A stretch of DNA of 64,000 nt, from NCBI GenBank assembly GCA_050253335.1, contig JBFWJG010000004.1, forward strand, positions 8,462 to 72,461, given 5' to 3'. Position 1 is the stretch's first letter, and each line of letters opens with the position of its first letter. Made by a program: the position numbers and the translations under genes. Positions 56,986 to 64,000 of this stretch are shown piece after piece. Under the pieces are notes generated by a model. The model made no database searches. It saw only the letters and a list, made by a program, of their open reading frames with translations, and was not told the DNA's origin. This DNA is from Deferribacterales bacterium. GTDB lineage: Bacteria > Chrysiogenota > Deferribacteres > Deferribacterales > Geovibrionaceae.

Positions 56986-58176
56986 ATGAAGAAGTTCCTT
57001 ACGTCCCTGCTTGTTATGGTCTCCGCAGTCTTCCTTATGACCGCCTGCAGCCAGAAAGCTGAAGAAAAAGCGGCGGAAGCACCCGCGGAAAACGCAACTG
57101 AGGCTGCGGCTCCCGCTGCTTCCACAGAGCCGATCAGAATCGGTGTTGCCGGTGCACATTCCGGTGACCTCGCATCCTACGGTCTCCCCACTGTAAACGC
57201 TGTTAAGCTCTATGTTGACGAAGTCAACAAAAACGGCGGTATCGACGGCAGACAGGTTGAGCTCTACATCGAAGATGATGTATGCAAGCCTGAAGTTGCA
57301 ACCAACACAGCAAGCAAGCTTGTTTCTGACAAAGTTGTAGCCGTTATCGGCCACATATGCTCAGGCGCCACTAAAGCGGCTCTCGGCATATATAAAGATG
57401 CTAACATCCTTGTTATTTCTCCCTCGGCTACAAACCCCGCACTCACTCAGAGCGGCGAATACCCCAACTTCCTCCGCACCATCGCTCCCGATGATGCTCA
57501 GGCCAGACTTGAGGTTGACTTCGCTCTTCAGACTCTGAAAGTTAAAAAATTCGCAGTTCTTCACGATAAAGGCGACTACGGCAAAGGTCTTGCGGAATTC
57601 GCAAAATCCTTCCTTGACAACTCTTCCGCTGAAGGTGTTGAAGTTGTTCTTTACGAAGGCGTTACACCCGGCGCGGTTGACTACTCCGCAGTGGTTCAGA
57701 AAATCGCCCGTTCAGGCGCTGAAGCGGTTATCTTCGGCGGATACCACCCCGAAGCTTCCAAAATCGTTACTCAGATGCGCAAAAAACAGATCAACATCCC
57801 CTTCATCTCTGATGACGGCGTGAAAGACGACACATTCATAAAAGTTGCGGGCGAATTTGCAGAAGGCGTTTATGCCACAGGTCCTAAAGACACTTCCACA
57901 AACCCCCTCAACATCAAAGCTGTTGAAGAGCACAAGGCTGCTTTCCAGGCTGACCCCGGCGCATTCTTCATCAACGGCTACTCTGCTGCCATGGCTATCC
58001 TTAACGCCATCGACAAAGCAGACTCCACTGATTATGAAGCTGTGAGCAAAGCTCTCAGAACTGAATATGTTGAAACTCCCCTCGGAAGCATCAGCTTTGA
58101 CGAAAGAGGCGATGCTATCGGCGTTGGTTTCTCCATGTATCAGGTTCAGAACGGCGCATACGTCGAACTTAAATAA
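56986..58176 (+). CDS. livK: Branched-chain amino acid ABC transporter substrate-binding lipoprotein (LivK/LivJ)
   Basis: LMTAC lipobox, GHICSG, SPSATNP.LT, RT...DD.Q, HDK..YG.GLA. Confidence 0.93.
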   Translation: MKKFLTSLLVMVSAVFLMTACSQKAEEKAAEAPAENATEAAAPAASTEPIRIGVAGAHSGDLASYGLPTVNAVKLYVDEVNKNGGIDGRQVELYIEDDVCKPEVATNTASKLVSDKVVAVIGHICSGATKAALGIYKDANILVISPSATNPALTQSGEYPNFLRTIAPDDAQARLEVDFALQTLKVKKFAVLHDKGDYGKGLAEFAKSFLDNSSAEGVEVVLYEGVTPGAVDYSAVVQKIARSGAEAVIFGGYHPEASKIVTQMRKKQINIPFISDDGVKDDTFIKVAGEFAEGVYATGPKDTSTNPLNIKAVEEHKAAFQADPGAFFINGYSAAMAILNAIDKADSTDYEAVSKALRTEYVETPLGSISFDERGDAIGVGFSMYQVQNGAYVELK

Positions 58177-58195
58177 CATTTCCAAAATACAATCC

Positions 58196-58222
58196 GGGGG
58201 GTGCCCTATTCTGGCACCCCCC
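58196..58222 (+). terminator. Intercistronic hairpin after livK
   Basis: GGGGGGTGCC-CTATTCT-GGCACCCCCC perfect 10-bp stem, weak U tail. Confidence 0.6.
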
Positions 58223-58261
58223 TTCCATTTCAGGGCAAATTAACAGGAGCAGTCACGGCTA

Positions 58262-59164
58262 ATGGATTATTTTCTTCAGCTATTTTTAAGCGGCCTCACG
58301 AGGGGCAGCATCTACGCGCTTATCGCTTTGGGCTACACCATGGTTTACGGCATCATTCAGCTTATAAACTTTGCCCACGGGGAAATTTATATGATAGGCG
58401 CGTTCACGGCACTTATTGTCGCCAGTGTGCTTGCTATTATGGGCTTCAGCGGCCTCAGCATACTCATTCTGGCGGGAATAGCGGCGGTGATTTATTCATC
58501 CGCCTACGGTTATACTATGGAAAAAATCGCCTACAGGCCTCTCCGAAACGCACCGAGGCTTTCGCCGCTCATCAGCGCGATAGGAATGTCTATATTCCTC
58601 CAGAACTATGTACTTCTCGCACAGACATCAGACTTCCTTCCCTTTCCGGCGCTTATACCGGAATTTGAGTTCATTCAACCTGTATCGCATATAATGAGTT
58701 CCGCGGAGCTTGTTATCATCCTCAGCAGTGCGGTGATAATGGTTCTGCTGACTCTGTTCATAAAGTTCACCAGAATGGGCAAAGCAATGAGAGCCACGGC
58801 TCAGGACAAAAAAATGGCGCTTCTTCTGGGCATCGATGTTGACAAGGTCATCTCCATGACATTCATCATCGGCTCCTCTCTGGCGGCATTCGGCGGAATC
58901 CTTATCGCTTCGCACATAGGGCAGATCAACTTCTACATCGGCTTCATCGCGGGCATCAAGGCATTCACGGCGGCTGTTCTCGGCGGAATAGGCAGCATCC
59001 CCGGAGCTGTTCTGGGCGCACTTATCCTCGGCTGGACGGAAAGTTTCGCCACGGGCTATGTGTCCAGCGACTATGAAGATGTTTTTGCCTTCGCTCTCCT
59101 TGTTCTGATCCTCATTTTCAGGCCGGCGGGCATTCTGGGCAAATCCGCGGCTCAGAAGGTGTGA
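58262..59164 (+). CDS. livH: BCAA ABC transporter permease LivH
   Basis: GSIYALIALGYTMVYGII.LINFAHGE, KAFTAAVLGGIGSIPGA. Confidence 0.96.
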   Translation: MDYFLQLFLSGLTRGSIYALIALGYTMVYGIIQLINFAHGEIYMIGAFTALIVASVLAIMGFSGLSILILAGIAAVIYSSAYGYTMEKIAYRPLRNAPRLSPLISAIGMSIFLQNYVLLAQTSDFLPFPALIPEFEFIQPVSHIMSSAELVIILSSAVIMVLLTLFIKFTRMGKAMRATAQDKKMALLLGIDVDKVISMTFIIGSSLAAFGGILIASHIGQINFYIGFIAGIKAFTAAVLGGIGSIPGAVLGALILGWTESFATGYVSSDYEDVFAFALLVLILIFRPAGILGKSAAQKV

Positions 59165-59165
59165 C

Positions 59166-60395
59166 ATGCTGAATGAGCTTAAAAAATCACTGATAGCATC
59201 ATTGTGGTTCATGTTTCTGACATTTCCCATAATGGTGATTAAGGTCAACACTGTTCACAACACAATAGTCTGGCGCTGGGACAATCTTTTTTATGTCGCT
59301 GTCGGGGCGTTTTTCGGCTCGATGCTCTGGCGTTGGCTGCACCATAAAAAAACGCATATAAGTGAAAGAAATATAAGAGAAAGGCTTAAAAACGGCCTTC
59401 AGAATACCATTGTGGACAACAAGAAGGTTCTGTATCCTCTGATAGGCATAGCTGTCGCCTTCACGTTCGCTTTTCCGCATATGTCAAACGCTTATCAGGT
59501 CAATATTATGACCACTGCGCTGATGTATGTTGTTCTCGGTCTCGGCCTCAACATAGTCGTTGGGCTCGCAGGTCTCCTCGATCTCGGCTATGTGGCGTTT
59601 TACGCAGTGGGCGCATACAGCTACGCACTGCTTAACCATCACTTCGGCCTCGGTTTCTGGGCTGTTTTGCCCATAGGCGGAGCGCTTGCAATGATGTTCG
59701 GGATAATTCTCGGCTTCCCTGTGCTCAGGCTCAGGGGGGACTACCTTGCGATAGTTACCCTCGGTTTCGGTGAGATTATCCGCCTTGTACTTGAAAACTG
59801 GAACGCGTTCTCTTTCGGCCCAAGCGGTATAGCAGGCATAGACAGACCTGCGTTTTTCGGACTGAAGCTTAACCTTTCCCAGTCGATGACGGCGCTGTAC
59901 TATCTTGTTCTGGCTTTTGCCGTGATCACGATATTCTGCGTCAGCAGGCTTCAGAACTCCCGAATCGGCAGGGCTTGGCTCGCCCTCCGCGAGGATGAGA
60001 TAGCTTGTCAGGCTATGGGCATAGACAAAACAAAAACAAAGCTCACCGCGTTCGCCCTCGGCGCCACATGGGCGGGCTTCATGGGAGTCGTGTTCGCTGC
60101 GAAGACCACCTTTGTGAACCCCGCGAGCTTCACCTTCCTTGAATCAGCGATAATTCTCGCCATTGTTGTTCTCGGCGGAATGGGTTCTATCCTCGGCGTA
60201 ATCCTCGCCGCGCTGATCCTTATACTTCTGCCTGAATATCTCAGGGCGTTCTCCGAACTGCGTATGCTTATTTTCGGCGGTTCAATGGTTCTCATGATGG
60301 TTTTCAGACCGCAGGGACTCATAAGCAATGTTCGGCGCAAATACTTATTCGACAAAATGAATTTCGGGGAGGGGAAAGCAAATGAAGCAAAATGA
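59166..60395 (+). CDS. livM: BCAA ABC transporter permease LivM
   Basis: GLNIVVGLAGLLDLGY, LRLRGDYLAIVTLGFGEI, ALREDEIA. Confidence 0.96.
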   Translation: MLNELKKSLIASLWFMFLTFPIMVIKVNTVHNTIVWRWDNLFYVAVGAFFGSMLWRWLHHKKTHISERNIRERLKNGLQNTIVDNKKVLYPLIGIAVAFTFAFPHMSNAYQVNIMTTALMYVVLGLGLNIVVGLAGLLDLGYVAFYAVGAYSYALLNHHFGLGFWAVLPIGGALAMMFGIILGFPVLRLRGDYLAIVTLGFGEIIRLVLENWNAFSFGPSGIAGIDRPAFFGLKLNLSQSMTALYYLVLAFAVITIFCVSRLQNSRIGRAWLALREDEIACQAMGIDKTKTKLTAFALGATWAGFMGVVFAAKTTFVNPASFTFLESAIILAIVVLGGMGSILGVILAALILILLPEYLRAFSELRMLIFGGSMVLMMVFRPQGLISNVRRKYLFDKMNFGEGKANEAK

Positions 60396-61185
60396 AACAA
60401 ACCTTCCCGTTCTTGAGGTGAAGGGGCTTACCATGGATTTCGGCGGTCTGAGAGCCGTTGACCATGTTGATATGGAAATACAGAACGGCGAGATTGTGGC
60501 GCTCATAGGCCCCAACGGAGCCGGAAAAACCACCTTCTTCAACTGCATTACAGGCATATACAACCCCACAGGCGGGGATATAGTAGTCCATACAAAGTTC
60601 GGCGAAAAAAGGGTAAACGGAAAGAAGCCCAATCAGGTTACTGAGCTTGGTCTTGCCAGAACCTTCCAGAACATCAGGCTTTTCCCGAACATGACAGTTC
60701 TTGAGAACGTTATGATAGGCCGCCACTGCCGCACAAAGGCTAAGGTCATCGGCGCGCTCCTGCGTGATCCGCGCACCAGAAAAGAGGAGAAAGAAGCCGC
60801 CGCGGTAAGCTACGGCATCCTTGAGAAAATCGGCCTCACCAGTCTGGCGAATGAAATGGCGAGCAATCTCCCGTACGGCGCACAGCGCAGGCTTGAGATA
60901 GCCCGCGCGCTGGCGACGGAGCCTGTTCTGCTTCTGCTTGATGAACCGGCAGCCGGAATGAACCCGCAGGAGACAGAGGAACTGACCGCCCTCATTAGGG
61001 AGATCAGGGATAAGGACAAAATTTCCATTCTTCTGATAGAACATGATATGAAGCTTGTTATGAACCTTTCGGACAGGATCTATGTCATGGATCACGGGCA
61101 GAGAATTGCCACGGGAAATCCGGTCGAGATAAAGAATAATCCCGAAGTTATAAAAGCCTATCTGGGGGAGGAAGCCGATGCTTGA
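60382..61185 (+). CDS. livG: BCAA ABC transporter ATPase LivG
   Basis: FGGL.AV, GPNGAGKTT, RTFQNIRLF, LPYG.QRRLEIARAL, DEPAAG. Confidence 0.96.
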   Translation: MKQNETNLPVLEVKGLTMDFGGLRAVDHVDMEIQNGEIVALIGPNGAGKTTFFNCITGIYNPTGGDIVVHTKFGEKRVNGKKPNQVTELGLARTFQNIRLFPNMTVLENVMIGRHCRTKAKVIGALLRDPRTRKEEKEAAAVSYGILEKIGLTSLANEMASNLPYGAQRRLEIARALATEPVLLLLDEPAAGMNPQETEELTALIREIRDKDKISILLIEHDMKLVMNLSDRIYVMDHGQRIATGNPVEIKNNPEVIKAYLGEEADA

Positions 61186-61885
61186 GATTAACGGCATAAG
61201 CACGTATTACGGCAATATTCAGGCCCTCCACGAGGTTTCGCTTAAAATAAACGAAGGCGAAATAATCACCCTGATCGGCGCAAACGGAGCAGGCAAGACC
61301 ACCACTCTTCTCTCCGTGAGCGGCATAGTTCAGCCCAAGCAGGGCGAAATCCTTTTCAAGGGCGAACCGATACACAGGATGAAGCCGGATAAAATAGTTC
61401 AGATGGGCATTTGTCAGGTTCCTGAGGGGAGGCATATCTTCCCTTACCTCACAGTTTCTGAGAACCTTGATCTCGGCGCATTCCTCAGAAAAGACAGAGA
61501 CGGAATCAGGAAAGATCTTGAGCAGATATACGATCTTTTCCCCAGACTGGCGGAAAGGAGACACCAGCAGGGCGGAACACTCAGCGGCGGCGAACAGCAG
61601 ATGCTTGCCATCTCCCGCGCTCTGATGTCCAGACCCCGCCTGCTGCTTCTGGATGAACCGTCTCTCGGACTTGCACCGCTGATAGTTCAGCAGATTTTTG
61701 AGATTATAAAGAAAATTAAAGAGGAAAGCGGAACCACAATCTTCCTTGTTGAGCAGAACGCCAACCTTGCACTCAAAGTGGCCGACAGAGGCTATGTTAT
61801 GGAGACAGGCAGGGTGACAATGGAAGACAAGGCATCGAACCTTCTTTCAAACGAAGATGTTAAAAAAGCTTATCTTGGAATCTGA
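61178..61885 (+). CDS. livF: BCAA ABC transporter ATPase LivF
   Basis: GANGAGKTT, VPEGR, LSGGEQQML, DEPSLGLAP, VEQNA. Confidence 0.96.
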   Translation: MLEINGISTYYGNIQALHEVSLKINEGEIITLIGANGAGKTTTLLSVSGIVQPKQGEILFKGEPIHRMKPDKIVQMGICQVPEGRHIFPYLTVSENLDLGAFLRKDRDGIRKDLEQIYDLFPRLAERRHQQGGTLSGGEQQMLAISRALMSRPRLLLLDEPSLGLAPLIVQQIFEIIKKIKEESGTTIFLVEQNANLALKVADRGYVMETGRVTMEDKASNLLSNEDVKKAYLGI

Positions 61886-61891
61886 TATAAG

Positions 61892-62653
61892 GTGATGATG
61901 AGGAAAAAGCATTTACTTCTGGTTTTACTTGTATTCGTGATAACGGGGTGTCTCGGCGGACGCCCCGCTCCATACAGCGGCGGACGTGTTGACGCTTCTG
62001 ATATCGAAAGGATGAAATACTCCATTCAGGTCGGCGCATTCGGCAGTGTGACCAATGCCGCCAACTACACGGACAAGCTGGTCGCCGCAGGAGTGGACGC
62101 TTATTTCTTCCTTGATGATTCAGGGCTTTATAAAGTCCGCATAGGCGATTTCCCTTCATATGACAGGGCAGTGAGATACGCCGTAAACCTGCGCACCAGA
62201 AACCAGATAGACGATTACTTCATCATACGCCCCGAAGACTATGACTACAATTTCCGTCCGGAAGACCTTGAGCGTAAAGGGATCAGGACTAACCTTGTCA
62301 AAACTGCGCACAAGTATATAGGCGTCCCTTACAGATGGGGCGGTGAGAGCGCCGCCGGAGGGTTTGACTGCTCCGGACTCACCATGGTTGTCTACAAGCT
62401 CAACGGGCTTAACCTCCCGCGCAATTCCAGAGCCCAGTTTGATCACGGCAAGTATATCCCCAAAACCGAGCTCAAACCCGGCGACCTTGTGTTCTTCGCC
62501 ACAGGCAGAGCAAAAAGGGTATCCCATGTGGGTATCTACATAGGCTCCGGAAAATTCATACATGCTCCGGGAAGGGGGCGGAATGTCACAATAGCCGATC
62601 TTAACGACTCATACTTTGTCCGCACATATATGGGCGCGCGCAAGTATATCTGA
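61892..62653 (+). CDS. SPOR-domain NlpC/P60 cell-wall peptidase lipoprotein
   Basis: ITGC lipobox, YSIQVGAF SPOR domain, GVPYRWGG, FDCSG, GDLVFF, HVGIY, FIHAP. Confidence 0.92.
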   Translation: MMMRKKHLLLVLLVFVITGCLGGRPAPYSGGRVDASDIERMKYSIQVGAFGSVTNAANYTDKLVAAGVDAYFFLDDSGLYKVRIGDFPSYDRAVRYAVNLRTRNQIDDYFIIRPEDYDYNFRPEDLERKGIRTNLVKTAHKYIGVPYRWGGESAAGGFDCSGLTMVVYKLNGLNLPRNSRAQFDHGKYIPKTELKPGDLVFFATGRAKRVSHVGIYIGSGKFIHAPGRGRNVTIADLNDSYFVRTYMGARKYI

Positions 62654-62688
62654 ACCTCTCCTAATCAGCAAAAACTTCCCCCGAAAAC

Positions 62689-62703
62689 TGGCACCGTCTT
62701 TGT
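62689..62703 (+). promoter_or_regulatory. Sigma54 (-24/-12) promoter of flgBC
   Basis: TGGCAC-CGTCT-TTGT versus consensus TGGCAC-N5-TTGC, 25 bp before flgB. Confidence 0.65.
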
Positions 62704-62727
62704 TATTAAATCAGCAAGAGGTGTTGC

Positions 62728-63135
62728 ATGAGAAATATTTTCAGCATGTCCAATGTAGACAAACTTTCCTACGGCATGGACACCGCATCCGTTAAGAACA
62801 ACGTGATAGCGGAAAACATAGCTAATGTCGACACGCCTTCATACAAGGCGAGCAAGCTGGAATTTAACGAAGTAATGCAGGATTTTCTGGGAACAGGGAA
62901 AAAACTTCCTCTCGCCCGGACTGATGAAAAGCACTTCTCAACAGGCGGATTCAAGGGTGTCCCCGCAGATTACGTAAGGTTTCAGAACAACCCCTCGCTC
63001 CGCAATGACGGAAACGATGTGAACCTTGATTATGAAATGAGCGAAATGGCCGCTAACTCAGTGCTTTATCAGGAACTGAGCCAGCTTACCGCAGGCGCTT
63101 TCACAAAACTTAAAACTGCTATACAGGGAAGGTAA
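62728..63135 (+). CDS. flgB: Flagellar basal-body rod protein FlgB
   Basis: IAENIANVDTP.YKA, RNDGN.V..D.EM. Confidence 0.96.
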   Translation: MRNIFSMSNVDKLSYGMDTASVKNNVIAENIANVDTPSYKASKLEFNEVMQDFLGTGKKLPLARTDEKHFSTGGFKGVPADYVRFQNNPSLRNDGNDVNLDYEMSEMAANSVLYQELSQLTAGAFTKLKTAIQGR

Positions 63136-63142
63136 CAGATAG

Positions 63143-63547
63143 ATGAGCTTCATGCATGTAATGGATGTTTCAGCGACGGGGCTTTCCGCGCAGAGAATAA
63201 GAATAGGCGCAATCTCCTCCAACCTCGCAAACGCACAGACCACAAGGACGGCGGAAGGCGGCCCCTATCAGCGCAAAGATGTTGTTTTCGAACAGGTTAT
63301 GAAGGGCGAATACGCCGGCGGCGTACGTGTCCAGAGAGTTATAGATGACGAGAAACCCCCTATGCTGAAATTCGAGCCCGACCACCCCGACGCGAACGAG
63401 GAAGGCTACGTTGCATATCCCAATGTGAACCCCATCGAGGAGATGGTGAATATGCTTGAGGCATCAAAAAGCTATGAGGCGAACGCAACGGTTTTTGAAA
63501 CAGCCAAACAGCTTGCTCTGAGGGCGCTTGAGATAGGCAGAGCATAG
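63143..63547 (+). CDS. flgC: Flagellar basal-body rod protein FlgC
   Basis: SA.GL.AQR.R...SSNLANA.TTRT..GGPY.RK, P.HPDA...GYV..PNVN..EM. Confidence 0.97.
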   Translation: MSFMHVMDVSATGLSAQRIRIGAISSNLANAQTTRTAEGGPYQRKDVVFEQVMKGEYAGGVRVQRVIDDEKPPMLKFEPDHPDANEEGYVAYPNVNPIEEMVNMLEASKSYEANATVFETAKQLALRALEIGRA

Positions 63548-63710
63548 GCTTGATGCCGGACTCGGGGTAATTCGGGAGTTTCAGAAAGGATAAATCCCCC
63601 TCATTCCCCCTTTGAAAAGGGGGAGGTGTTTCAGCAGGCTGTCACGGCAAAGCAAAGGCTTGTTTACGGTCATTCTGAACGCAGTGCGGACAGGAAAGTA
63701 TTTGTACAGG

Positions 63711-64000
63711 CAATCCGGCAGTACGCGCGGATTGTTCTTATAAAGATAAAGAAAGATGTGGAATCTCAGACGGTTCCACGGAAGGAACCGCGCCGTGCGA
63801 AGCGAAGCCGTGTTTACCACGGCGCGAGCGTGTAGAACAATCCGGCAGGACGCGCGGATTGTTCTTATAAAGATAAAGAAAGATGTGGAATCTCAGACGG
63901 TTCCACGGAAGGAACCGCGCCGTGCTAAGCGAAGCCGTGTTTACCACTTCGCGAGCGTGTAGAACAATCCGGCAGGACGCGCGGATTGTTCTTATAAAGA
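63711..64000 (+). repeat. Tandem 127-bp repeats (at least 2.3 copies, runs off window end)
   Basis: CAATCCGGCAG starts at 63711, 63838, 63965; near-identical units; same family as 48400-48616. Confidence 0.95.

Noticed and set aside
63581..63962. Short ORFs (also 48374-48601) sharing KRSRVYHGASV peptides
   Set aside because: Translations of the repeat element, with no RBS or coding signature
63711..64000. Possible CRISPR array at window end
   Set aside because: Whole 127-bp units are near-identical with no unique spacers

Overview
Bacterial chromosomal window of roughly 50% GC (by eye). Gene content (futalosine-pathway MqnE, sigma54 FlgSR/FleSR-type pair, CheV, MCP-hemerythrin) suggests a motile anaerobe, possibly Deferribacterota; that is inference only. 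Left to right: hsp20 convergent with an mqnE-hyp-MEMO1-galU-hsp20-lon run; a TPR lipoprotein; an intact 11.7 kb, 17-gene co-directional phage-derived operon (8171-19876); a tRNA-Leu with the rare bacterial anticodon AAG; an MCP-hemerythrin fusion; a dcw cluster (mraZ to ftsZ, no murB) plus a GT4 glycosyltransferase; thioesterase, a catalytically degenerate Fic protein and mazG; signalling genes; cheV-cpoB-lysM; a liv ABC operon; a SPOR-NlpC/P60 lipoprotein; flgB-flgC. The phage-derived operon has head protease, decoration protein, major capsid, neck/terminator, fibre-like and tail-tip genes, M15 endolysin, holin and a beta-propeller. It has no recognisable terminase, portal, tail tube/sheath, tape measure, integrase/transposase, repressor or replication gene. 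It is the best candidate for an undescribed system (domesticated or split GTA-like particle). Next best are the tRNA-Leu(AAG) and a dispersed ~127-130 bp repeat family (48.4 kb, 63.7 kb) whose hairpin stems differ between loci but keep GGA loops typical of CsrA/RsmA sites. All calls are from motif recognition by eye; no searches were run.
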